Positions 23,701 to 37,013 of a stretch of 64,000 nt of DNA are shown here, piece after piece. Origin of the DNA: Octopus sinensis (lineage: Eukaryota); contig NW_021835478.1 in the NCBI RefSeq assembly GCF_006345805.1, positions 1-64,000 of the forward strand, written 5' to 3'. The notes under the pieces were generated by a model that was not told where the DNA came from, ran no database searches, and was given only the letters and a program-made list of their open reading frames with translations. The position numbers and the translations under genes are program-made. How positions within the stretch are numbered: position 1 is the first letter of the stretch; every line of letters begins with the position of its first letter.

Positions 23701-24659
23701 CAAGACCGATTGAGTCGCAGTAATTTTTATAAAATTTACTCACATTACCCTGAAGTATGAGAAAGAATTACTTTGGGTATGCTACTTTTTATTTTGACTT
23801 TTTCAATTACTTCTGGTTTCAATTACTTCTATAAGCTCAATTCTCTATTTTGTGACAAAGTTTTTCACGAAATTTATAATCCAGCAAAGAAGTCCAGAGT
23901 TTTCAAAGATCTGAACAGAAAGTTATGATTTACCGAATCGAACGTTTTCTTGACATAAATGGAATAGTATAAAGTGTCTTACGATCTATGATTCTAGTTA
24001 TCTGTATTAATCACATTAAATCACTAATTAAATTCCATAATGCTTACAATCCTCACCTACGCATGCTAAGCAAATTTGCGATGATAGTGCATTTGAGATG
24101 AAGTTTAAATTTGTCCGAATGCAGAAAAATGTGCAAAAACGTCTCTTAATAATCAAAAATTCGTTACTAAAAGCATTAGTAATAAAATTCCGAGTAAATA
24201 TCTGGAAAAAACCAATTACTAGCAATTAACATCATAGAAACGAATTTATATTAAAAACTTTTTAATACACTGCCACGGTGTTTTTTTCTAGGAATAGTAT
24301 TTGACAAATTATACAAGCATAAATAATTAATTGTGTAATCAAATTAGGCGGGAGCATTCTTTAATCAAAGTGAGTTTTAGGTCAAATTTTGTTTCATTGA
24401 GAGTTTTATAATTTATTGGCATATCTGAGAACAAATTTATAAACTATACTATTTTCCATACTTAATAGGATTAACACAAAACTAAGTAGAATCAATAAAA
24501 AAAGAAATGGGATTAATAGCAAACTAAATAAGATTAACACCTAAAAAATCTTTGTTTCGAATTTAATATTAACCAAATTTAGTGTGTCAGCTATATTTCC
24601 ATTTCAAGTATTCGTGTTCGATATTTTTTAATTGATAAACCTTCTCCCTATTAGTCTAA

Positions 24660-25330
24660 AATTTGGTTTTTAAGAGAAGCGATGCTTTTTTAAGTGAGCT
24701 TTTACTTTTGACTACACATTTTCGATGGGATTAAGCATTCGTACGGACCGAGACGAAGAATATGAAAATCATTAAATTCTTCCAATTGAAGAACTTATTC
24801 GATACTACTGTGAGCTGGTGGATTGTCCAAAACCTTAATAACTGGACCACCATGTTTAATTCGTGCTTGCCTCAACAAGTTTTAATCTAATGACAAGTCG
24901 GCTCTTTTTTAAAAGCTCCCCTTTTGATTTCATAGTAAATGAGTCCTAGATTTGAAATGTATCCAATTATATGTATATTTGACCTTTTTGATGCAGCAGC
25001 TAGAGTATTGCATTTTTTTCCTTTTAGTGATCTTCCTCCTATCTTGCTGATATGGCTAGAATAGTAAACTTCTTTAATGTATAAAAGCTTAGATCGAGAT
25101 GTCGAGAGATACCTGCTTTTGATATTGATAATTGCAAAAAATGTAATTCAAATATTTATTTTATTCCACGAAGGGTAATTTGTTATCGTCTTCGATGCAT
25201 GATATAAAAAAGTCGAAATATTCTTTGTTGAACTTTTTATATAATTTCCACCTCTTGTGTCAGGTTTAACTCCATCAATTATCCAACGATATGCTGTTGT
25301 TCTTGAATACAATAGCTTAGAAATTAAGTG
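24660..25330 (-). mobile_element. IS630/Tc1 transposase pseudogene (copy 2)
   Basis: Duplicate of 570-1240 with scattered SNPs. Confidence 0.72.
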
Positions 25331-25776
25331 CTAATATTTATTTTTCAGATAAACAGTTAATTTTGATCTAAAACGATTTTTTCAACTAAACGCTGTTTAG
25401 TATTTTTTTCGAAGATATAAAATTCATTTAATTTTTTAGGGTAAGGGTTAGACTGTATTCCTGTAATCTATATTTCTGTAATCTATATTTTCTGATGCAT
25501 ATTCTCCTTGCATCTATGCTTAGCTAAGGATAGCTGTTTCTTTTTTAAAATTTTTTAGTTTAAATTGCTTTGATAAGAGTGGCATTCCAATTTGTATTCT
25601 ATCCAGGATTAAATTTGTAAAATCTATAAGAATTAAAAAAATTAACTAATAACTCAAAAAATCCTAATTAATTTTATTCTAAAAAAATATTAAGTTTTGT
25701 TTTATTAAAGTTTGATAAGTTTCTAAATACTATTAAATATATTTTTAATACATTTATATCCTGTTAAAAAACGTAG

Positions 25777-27512
25777 ATGAACGATAAGACGAATTACAGC
25801 AATAATGATTATGAGCTTGAAAAAAACGGATACTCAGTAGACAAGGAAAATTATAGCAATAGCGGAGGATACAGCACCAGCAGTTTAATTTTGACACAAA
25901 GTTATAGACAGCATCAAATTATTTGTATTGCCAGGCAAGTTCAGCAGGATATGATGAATTTTCTGCTATAAAAAACTGCATCAAGGTGATCCATTTAACT
26001 GACGAACACATTTTTATTGAAATCGATGTGAATTTAATTCAAAATAATACACAGAGTAACACCACCGGACAATCCCTGTTGTTCATGTATTGTGATCAAT
26101 TCAGCATTCAAGAAACAAAATATTTTTCTTTCTGTTATCTAAAAAAATATGGAAGGAAAGTAAATTTCTTGTAGTGTTTTAAGGAATGGATTGACATGGA
26201 TCTCGGTGTATTTAAACAATTTTCTAAAAGTATAAAATGTTCATTTTTATGCTAGAACGAGTCGAAAAAATGATTTTCTATTTCGAAGTTAAGTACTACG
26301 TCTTAAATATACAGCAAGTTTCAGATGAAACTACTCGGTTGGTAAATTGATACTTATTTGTAGTAAAATGATTTTTTTGCAAGTCCGTAAAAATATTTTG
26401 AATGAAAAGTTTAATCATATTTCTAAACTAAATTAAAGAATTGAAACATCTCTCAACGTACAAACTTATTTGAGCGCTTACGCCATTCAGAGCGAATACG
26501 GCGACTGTCCTTCGAATGCAGATAAGTCATATGACGACTGCCTTTCCAAAAACACATTAATGCAGTACATTGAAAAAGACCAAATTATGTCATTTCATAC
26601 TTTACTGAGGTTTTAGATTAAGTTGATCTGATTACTTAGAGGCATTACTAGGGCCGATGCATTGATCACGTATTTGAAAATCGCTGAAAAGCTTCCGCAC
26701 TATGGAACAACTTTCTATCCTGCAATAGTTTCGTATTTTCAGACTAAAATTAAAGATTTCAAAAATGACGGGAAAAATTGGCGTAAATTCAACTGGAATT
26801 TTAGTTTATGTTCAAAATATCCGTCTTTTTCGTTTTCTATGGCCTGCAATATTAAAATTTGAAGCACGGGGAAATAAATTTTTCATTAAAACAAGAACAT
26901 ATAATTTGAATAACATTGTTCATATTTTTGAACTTCAAAATTGGTCTAATGCAAATAAACTAATGAAGTATACGAAAAATATCCATCAATTTTTCAGGTA
27001 TTATACAATGATTATTTTAGATTGTATCGAACTGCAGATTCGTGGGAACATTCAAAATCATTTTTCACCATGAAGTCATCGGCTCCGACGTTAGGTGGGA
27101 CTATGACAACAAAAAGTAAACAAAAAAATGAAGAAAATAAATACAGTATGTAAAAATATAATACATTATAGAAAATTCCTACTTTTCTTTAAACAAGACG
27201 TGGCTGGTAAATATTATTTATGACACCTGATTTAGAGCAAAATGTCATTAAATAAAAGTTTGAATAAAAAATCGGTTTCTCCATTCATCTCAAGTGAAAA
27301 CAAAAATGAGTATTCGCAAGTTGATGAAACAACTACCGAAAACAATTATGAACATGTTGAAATACCATATTATTCAAATTTGAAACTGGACAGTTCATCA
27401 TATAACACCAAGGTATTAGAATGTTTAATAATGAATATAGAAATTAATTGAAGCCGTAAAAAAAGCTTGTAATTGTCTTAGTACCGCATGTGTCACTAAG
27501 ATATTTGAATAA
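25777..27512 (+). CDS. Band 4.1/FERM-domain protein (copy 2)
   Basis: ORF translations are identical to copy 1. Confidence 0.85.
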
Positions 27513-27734
27513 ATACATTATGTCTCAATTAAAATGGAAAATGTAATTTACTAACAAAATTTTCAAATATTTATTTTTGACTAAACTAGCTTAGCAGTAA
27601 TCGTGATTAGTATTGGAAATTTAATTTATTAATATTCGGATGTCGGATTTCTGTTGTGTCCAAAAGATAATATTTTCAAACGATTAAATAAGAACAGGGC
27701 GTATAATAACACACATTTTTAAGAAACCAAAAGT

Positions 27735-30700
27735 TTAACACCGCCCGCTAAGAACCGCCTTAAAATAATCGATTGTATGTTTCACAGTCCTAAACATTCG
27801 GCCTCTGTATTTGAGACCCATCCAGGTGGCGGAAATGTATTCCTTTCGCACTTTATTGTGAACAAGATAACAAATAACAGCTCGGCATGGATTGTCTTTT
27901 AATAAACTTAGTCCATAAGGAATTCTAGATGATTATACTGGACTAACCTCGCAGGCTGCTTCTTCTTCTCTACCAACAAGTACCTCTCCATCTGACGATC
28001 ATCCCCATCCAAGTAATATTGGAAATTAACAATCTCCCGAATATAAATCGCAATCGACTGCACATATCGAGCTATTATTTCGTCCAAGTCCTCAAATACC
28101 TGAAAGATCACTACACAAAAAACCTCTCCGTCTATTTTAAGTACTTTCCCTAATCCCAAGTCCGAACTGTTCTTTTCAGATTCCACAATATCAACATGCG
28201 AATATATATCGTCAGCCACTTTCCAGGACAGTGTCAGATGATCGACTCCCTTCGAACATTACCAAGCTTAACTCTACTTTGCTACTAGGCCGAAAAATGC
28301 AATCCCCGTTGTCCATATTCTTGAGTAACTGGCAACACATTTTGTACGCAACGTGCTTATAATTTGGGTGCATTATCGGGCGGGGGACGTATGTCTCTAC
28401 ACGTCAATAAACCAGACCAACTCCCAACAGTCTTCTTTCTACGTTCGGCTCGTCTATTCCTATCAATCCTCTCTGACTCATAATCGAAATGCTCGTCTTT
28501 CCTAACTTTGTACTTTCCAGACAAGTCATTAAGGTCAGAAGACCTACAAACCAACTCACATTGGAGTTTGAAATAATCCAATTTGGATATTCTAGCAGAC
28601 AACACAGAACCAATCTTGAAATAGTATTATTCAGTACCTGAATCGTCTCCAAAGTGTCATACTTCTTATCACTCACGTATCTGCCGTGGATAAAACCTGT
28701 GAGTCCATTGTCAAATGCCACTCGCAGACCAATAGCAGTTCCCGGACACTTGTCCTGATCGAAGTGAGACCACACGTCATCAATTGCTTCAAATGTACTC
28801 TTCAGGCAATATGGGCATTCCCATAGACCCGTCTCCTGATTCCTCCGTGGGTGAGCTCCTTCTATCTGCTGAGAAGTCGGCCTCCGTCTTGCATATCCAA
28901 TCACACGACATACCACCAGTTTTCCTACCGTTTATTATAAAACACTCCAACCAATGTGCAATGTTTCGGGAGTCTCCTTTAATAATGTAAAAAACCGCTC
29001 TTTGGTCGAAATTGGGTCAAATGACATTTTTGAGAGTTCTACACTCAACTGTTCCCTAATATCAAGTAGGGTGTTGATTTTGTTGCCAAAATTCTAGAAT
29101 ATAATAAAATTTGAACTTGTTTGGCTAATTCGTCACTGAATGCTTCCAAATCAAGATCCTTAAGCTTGTCTTTGGCCGTAATAAGTTCATCAATGATGAC
29201 AGAACTGTCCATATCGCTGGCATCTTCATAGTCCAATGCATCAATCGCCATCTTTCTCGCCCAGTGATATACTTCCGGGTGTATCCTAAAGTAATCCAGC
29301 GGTTCAAATTGAGTGGAATAAACACTAATCATAATCCCCATTAACACCACCGATTGCTCACACAGTAGTACTGATCCACCAATAAGAACCCAGCACAGTT
29401 CACAAACACAATGGGACCAATACGGTAGTTAGTCACCAGTTCAATTCGTGAGATTATATCTTTGTACTCATCCTTGTGCATTACACTCCTTGCAATACCT
29501 TCATTATAACCTGGGCCTTTATTGGACCAAGCCCTGACACGAATTGGAGAATATTTTTAGTATGTGGGTAATGACGGACCCGGTTTACATCAACACCAGT
29601 CAAACTCACCGCATCAATTACTTCACGTTGTAATTCTCGACTCAGAATATCCGACTCGACATTATTCTGCAGTGGGTCGTAACAGAATGATAGGAAATCG
29701 TCGTTCTTGTTGATTAATTGAGCATATTCGGCCAGTGGATCAACCAACAATCTGCCCATTGAGATAGCCTCTCTCAGAAGAATGGGATATTCAGGATAAT
29801 CAGTCTATTTACATCACAAGTTTTGCTTATACAGCCCCCTTCGTTGATTTGGAATATATCTTTGCCAATTCGTTACTAAATAGTTCCACGTCAACTGAAT
29901 GTTCGCTATCCAGTACTAATGAATGGATATCCTCCACCACGAATGTTGCCAGTCTAAAATAAGCCACTCTCATACACCTGTCCTCAGTCGACACTATTAT
30001 CAGAGATGGCTTGTGCTTGTCGATAAAACTGCGTAATTTGACCAATGAAGCTTTCTACAAATTAATGATCACTATTACTTTATGAGACAGAAATAGACTA
30101 TTTCTGCCTCCACTAGACTCGCCAGTTTAATATACTCCTCCACTTCACCGTCCATGTTTATGATCACCCCAAATGATGCCATGCCACTACATTAAGAACA
30201 ACACAACCAACCGAGATGATGAATAAGACACTGATAACACATTCTGGTCTGTCTTTCTATTTGGACGGTACCCGAAATACGGGCATTTCCCAATAATCGA
30301 CCTCAGTCTGCTTCGACATTTCTAAATATTAGCAACAGTCAAACTGAGATCATTGCGTTGGATGCTTCACTTAAAAGGCGATCCTTAACTTCTTTCACTA
30401 TGAGGGGATATATGCTCTTATAGAATGAGCCGAGTATGTCATTTATCATGCTTTTATCACCCTTCACTCTCCCCTGTTGAGATTATAGTCACTCACCAAC
30501 TTTAATAAAACACGAAATCCAGTCGTTGGAGCAATTCAAATCATCAATGTTGAAAGATATCGACATTTTTAAAAGCCCGTCCTTCTCTGCTGTCAGTAAA
30601 TGGAGATAACAATCGTCCACCAATTCACACACGGGCTTGTCTTTCAAATACATCATCGAATAACAGGCATGTCCTTCATCCAGCTCCTACAATATATTCC

Positions 30701-32533
30701 CATTTGTTACCTTTAATCCAGCATTTGTCGGTCGGACAGTCAAAGTAGCACAGCTGTGGAGAATTTTTCTCAAATAATCAGTCAAATCTGGTTCGACCGA
30801 CATCTCCATTGCAACCATGTAAGCCAACGCCTCCATTACTTGCTTTGTCGACTCATAACGATTTCCGACAAAGCGTTCAGCCATTTCGACCATAGTCTGA
30901 GTGTCAGGATCACGTTGGAGAGGAAGACAGTTAATAATATCAGAAGATAATTTTGTACAAGACATTTCACAAGCCAAAAGAATGCTTCCTAAATGAGAGT
31001 AAGTTGAATACACCACCAAGTCCATCGTCTACACAAATACGATAACAACTGCGGGATAGAGCAGGCTTGTGGAGTGGCGTGTCTCCACTCGAAAAATACT
31101 CCTTCATCGACTCCAACTCATGTCCGTAATAAAACATGAAATATCGATGATAATCTTTCAACACCAACTCACTGTCGGCCTTCTCCAGACTCACGATTAA
31201 TGACATAATATACCCATCAAGCACATTTTCTGTGATTTTCTGATAGTAATGGGAAGAACCAGCATATTTGAACTCCCCAAATTCCTTCATTCTCTTAAAA
31301 AGTGAAAGAAGCGACTCTTTGAATGAGCGGAAGTGACACCACTACAATAAACAAACCACAACACCTTCTCATCCCAGTCATAAATCAACCACAAATCGGC
31401 AACTTCAAGGACTGGCAAAAAGTACTCCTTTCTGAACGTTGCAATGAAGGGAACCTAATACTTAAAAATCACTCAAAACTTCTGATTTGTCATTTCTAAT
31501 CAATTGTAGGCAAGCCTGTATTTTCGCAGTCACTTCCTCGCTTGGATACGAACAAATCCGACTAAGCGAGGCTTTTTTGATTGTCTACTCATATTCCAAG
31601 ATAAAATGACCTGAGAAGAAAGAGGACGGACACAAAACGAGTTTCTATAAATCCAGCCTGCTTCTGACTCCAATTCTTCGGGGGTGGCGTCGGACACAGG
31701 AACTGACCTCGCCTAAAAATATCAGGAAATCTCAAACTTGGAATCTTTCTGGCATGTCCATATTCCGAATTGTGTGTTCTTTGGTCGATTTATAAACCAT
31801 TTCCTTCTCTTCGTTACAAAACTAACAAAACTAGAGAAAACAAACCAAACCGTGTCTCTCTCATCATCGGAATAATAATCCACGGCAAAAATCTTCTGAG
31901 CCTCGTCTAGAGCACTAAAAGTCACAAAATCACGAATCAACGGATCGTCCGTGTAGATTCTCCGTGAATTCGACTTTCCGCGATCATCGTCGACAATAAA
32001 GTCGTCCATTTCTACGGAAATGAGTACAACACAGACCATCTAGTTCGGAATCACATTCATTTGGTCGAGATTTTCGATCGTTTGTGGATTTTTCTGATTT
32101 TCGGATATGTCTTTGATCTCCTTCCTCGTCTTCGGAGACAAATTTGACTCTTTTGAGTCTTTTCTACGAATTTGGCTTAGTTGACAAGACGAACTTTTCG
32201 ATTGAACTTTTTGCCAGTGTTTTGTTCGATTATTTCAATATCATCGTCGTCGATTGAGTCCAACAAGTCGTCGCTGGACAATTCTTGTGATTGAGACTCG
32301 TATTCTTCAATTTCGTCGTCGTTTATTAGATCTTTCATCTCTTCGCGGATTTTCTCGTCGTCTATTGATGTCTAGTTTTCTGATTACCCTCCTCCTCTTC
32401 TTCGCTGCTTGAATAAACTCTTCTTCGTTTGCCACTTTGAGAGTATGTCTCGCTTTGTTCATCGTAGGATTCTGAAGCTTCTGCGTCGATAAAATCTTCG
32501 ATTCTTGAAATTTAACAAATTCAAGCACCTCAT
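27735..32533 (-). CDS. SUPT6H: SPT6 (copy 2)
   Basis: Same exons as copy 1. The exonic differences I found are all synonymous and lie in the 5' ~700 bp. Confidence 0.93.
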
Positions 32534-32951
32534 CAATATTAGCAAATCAAAGACTAGAATTTATTATTTATTTAAAATTATTTATTATAAATTTAATACA
32601 ATTTATATTAAAAAATAATTTTAATGGATTTTTAATTCTTTTCTGTTAAAATTTTATGGCGTTAAGTTCGACATCGAGATTTTGAAAGCATTTGTTAGAA
32701 CACTTACGAATTCCACTATTACTCTGTTTTCTTGATTTTAACGCGCAATCGAAAATAACACGCAAATAAATTTTGGTCCAAAAACATTCGGTAAAACGCA
32801 GTATTGCGCATCTTAACTTTCCCGCTGACGAAATTCAGAAATTTTATCTTTTTTTCGTCGCTTCACGATTGTTTTGTTCAGAACCGGATTGAGAAATCTT
32901 AGATAGAAAGGGTATGCTTATGATGTTTTATGCTGTTAAAGAAAAAATATT

Positions 32952-35900
32952 TTTTTTTTGAAACAAGAAAATTAGAGAAGAGAAGTTAACTAAACTAGAT
33001 GAGTCGCCGAGCGGATGGACAGGCAATTTCCACGTAATATCGCGAACGATATCCGCTGAAAAAGCCAGCTCGTTTCACGACTGTCGTGGCTCCTCCTCGA
33101 GATGATTGAACCAATCTCTGAGAGGAGTTTGAGGGCTTTGGGTCCAATTATCCCACTGGTCTCGAAAGCCAGGGGAATGAAGCAGCAGGTATCGGTCAAA
33201 GAGGCATATTTAGCGGCAAGGCTAGATGCAGATCCAGGACGAGAAGCGGAGTCGACCAACGATGAAGGAGAAAATGAGTCTACGCAGGTAACATCCCACA
33301 CGAGTGCCATTCCCTTCCTGAACGGGAATAAGGTCGACCCGTCAGGGCGTTTTCCATCTCCACGGTCTAGTCCTATCGGTTCTAACATCGAGGGAAATCC
33401 AGCGGCGTTAAGCGCGCGCTTCACAACGTCATTTAATGAGGCGTGCCTGGGGATCCTGCCGGCACTGAGGCGACAAGAGAGAGGGTGTAAACCTCTCCTG
33501 TCAATGAGTTGTCCACATCTGCAATGGTGCGGCTGGCAAATCTCTATGCCAAGCCGTAAACAGATTCCGATGCGGACAGATTCGTCGTCCAGCAACATTC
33601 CAGCAGAGGAAATCGGCAAAGCGTCAAGCCAATCGCCCGAGTGGGGTTGACAGGCACAATTGATGCTTGCCAACTGAAATTGGTCAGCACGTAGGCGGAT
33701 ATCTTCGAGTACATGGGAGCAATGTATATCATCCCAGTTCTTTTGAACTGAAGGGACGTCCGGGATTTTAAGCCCACGAGAAATCCACATGTTGACACCC
33801 GCCGTATATTCCACCAACTCGGGCTGTTCAGGGGAGGGGAAGAGAACAGAGTTGAAGGAACTGGCAGAAGCAGACAATGAGGAAAAGTAACAGGGGAGGG
33901 ATAAATCAACACAGGAACGAATGCCGATGCCCCCGTAACGAATAGGTAAATTAACCCGTCGCATGTCTGAAGGTTTGAATTTGATGTTTACGAGAAGCTC
34001 AAGAGCTTTGGAGACCATGTTGTCGAGACAAGACAAGTGATTTTGTTCAAGAAAGCAGGGCGATGAGCGCATGAGATAAGTTAGCTTCGGTATAAAGAGA
34101 TAGTTCTTGAGCAAGAAAAGGCCTAAATGGGACTCAAGTTTGGAAATGCGGGAGATTAGACTTTCCAATTCTTCGAGCCTGTCACATAAAGCCTTCTTAG
34201 TAGCCTTGCTATTGATTGGGGAACCCAGAATGATAAGGTCATCAAGCTGGGTGATGCCCAGGCCTTCAATATGGTGAGATAAGGTGGAAAAAATAAGTTT
34301 GAATTCCGAAGGGCTCGCAGACAAGCATATCAGCTCGGATTTAGATCCATTCAAAGCGAGCCCAATGGAGGCAAAACCAGAAATAATTTTTTCTATATCA
34401 TTCCTGACGGTCTCCAAAGCCCCGCCGAGAGTAACATCATCGAGGTACCAAATGTTTACCTCGGAGGACAATTGGCGGGCAATGTGATCAACACCGAGAG
34501 AGAATAAAAGGGGCCCAAGAGGGTCGCCTTGTTGAATGCCAGTTTCGGACATAATAACATTGTCGGCAAACAAGAGACAGCTGGGGGAGGCGTAAGACAG
34601 ATGGACAATCGGGTATAAGGCAGGGAAACGACATCGGACAGTTTCAAGGATATGATCGCGCCGAATCGAGTTGAACGCGTTTTTGACATCAATTTTAAGG
34701 AGGAATGGGATTTCAGTACATTTTGCAGAAGACAGCTGCCGTATGCCATGGGCGGCTGCTTCGCAGGCTCCTTTCACGCCCACGCCCAGTTGAATTGGCA
34801 TAAGCTTTGCACTTGCTTCCGGAACCACTGATTGACAAATAATTTTAGCAGCAAGGCGTCTGAAGATGTTGCCCACAGCGATAGGCCGTACGCCACCATC
34901 ACTTTTGTTAAGAGCAGTCAGATTTGCAGAAAAGAGTACGTCCCTAGCGAACGGAGGGATCGTACCAGAGATGATTCTTAAGCAGAGGGAAGTGATGGCC
35001 AACAATAAACGTCTTCCACCCTCTGCAGTCACAGGGGAAATCAGATCTTTTATATGAATCGGTTTCAAGCCATCGATACCCCCACTGCTACTGAATGGGA
35101 AAGAGCCGAGGGCGGCAGTTACTTCCGTCGAAGAGACGGGATATATAGAATCAGTCTCCGGATCTGGGATTTCTGGTAAGTCATCCGGGGCGCCGGGGTG
35201 TTTAGAGCGCAATTGGTCGAGAATTTTGTCAGAAGGGGGGGCAATTGTGGTGTTCGAGGAAATAACACGTACTGCACTCCGAACGTCGCCTTGCATAAGC
35301 TTGCTGCGAACCATTCGAGAAATGTCCTGAGTGCTCAGAATTGGACGAGGGATCCTTTCAGAAGCATCAAGGGAAAAATAGCTCATATCAAATTCTGATT
35401 GTTGAAAAACTCGCAGTTTGTTTTAATTTGCTGCGAGACGGACAAGCGGTCACCACGAAGAGTGCCGTTTAAAGGGCTGCCCAGACAGACAGGGACAAAT
35501 GAGAGAAACTTGAGCCAATCGCTCCAAGAATTCGAGGCCAGAGCCCGCTCAATAGCCAGAGCCAAGGAGTTAGCAACTTGGATCCTGGCCGATTTAGGAA
35601 TGCGTGACGGGATAAACTTCGATTTCCGGAAACGAGACAAAAGTACGAGGAATTCGCTAGCTTTGGAACAAGACAGGTCCTTGGGTATTTTGGGAAGAGT
35701 TGGGGCCTCGATGTACAGAGGAGTAGAAGAGCAGCGAAAACATTTCCAGTTTGCGATGCTTGCCGAGCTGATCTTCGATAAGCCGACACAGGAGAGGTGG
35801 AAGTAGAGTTGGCACGAAGAACAATACCTTCCCTTTTTCCGAGGGCACGTAAGTTCGCACTTGCTGCAGGGAGACATAGGATCAGAAAAAGAATAAACAG

Positions 35901-36019
35901 AGAATAATTATTAGATAGATGACAATTACAACAATGGATTATTGAATACCAAATTACAAAAGAACAAATGAAAAGAAAAAGTGCACCACCACAACAACGT
36001 GCCAAAAATTCTGTTCTTG
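32952..36019 (-). mobile_element. Full-length CRE retrotransposon (copy 2; 1-bp deletion at ~35397 splits the ORF)
   Basis: TSD at 32940-32951 and 36020-36031. ORFs 35383-35877 and 32990-35386 together equal the 962-aa protein. The DNA reads TTCTGATTG here versus TTCTGAATTG in copy 1. Confidence 0.9.
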
Positions 36020-37013
36020 AGAAAAAATATTGGCCTTGACCATTTTTCTTCATTGCCATTCCACTTTCCAGCTTATTAATGCAGGATTGTAATGTTGGTG
36101 AAGCTTAAAGATCTTCAATTTTTATGTATTTTGAATTAAAAGTTGAAAATTGCACAATTTTCGTGCGTCAAAGTGAGTTTGACAAACTTTTTCACTCGAA
36201 AATTTTAATTTAGGAAAGAAGAGAAATATTTATTTAAACAATTTTAGGTTCATTTGAGGAAATTTACTCTATTTATAAATGTAACAAATCGTGGATATTT
36301 CTATATACAGTGAACAAAAATAAAAACTAAACATGCTTTTTCTTATAAATTTACAATGGGACAACATTGCAAATATGTCTCAAATTTATTCTTTACATAA
36401 ATTACAGTATTTTACATTTTTTAGTTTTTTTGATAAATATATATGCCCTTTTTATGAAATCGAAAATTCAAAACTAAAAAAAACTGAAAAAACTGCGTAT
36501 TGGTTGAGCAACATGATTAGAGCCACTTTGAATAAGAGGTCAGAACAACATTTTTAGCGGGGTATTGAATTCTCATTAGAACCTCTGACATCGTGACTTT
36601 ATCGTCAGGAGATAGTTCATAGATCGTAGTCTTTAATACCCTGTTGAGATTATAAATAAAGAAGCAAGTTATTCTAGACATTATAATTGTATTTAACATA
36701 ATTATGGATATGTTCTGGGAATGATTACCAAATATTTAACTGCAGCATTCCATACAAATTCTTAGTTAAATAAATATAACAAAATGACTATGATGCAACT
36801 CGATCTTTGTTTCCATGATAAAAAACAGAATCTCTTAGCTAACGAGACTTTAAAAAGTATATGTATTTCATAGGAAATTTATGACTGTTTAAAAACCAAC
36901 GTAATTTGTAAAATATGCATCCAAAAATAAAATTTGTTCAATATGTATTAAACCATCCAAAACAATAATTTTCTATAAAAACTTACAAAATAACAATTTT
37001 ATGAAAAAATCAT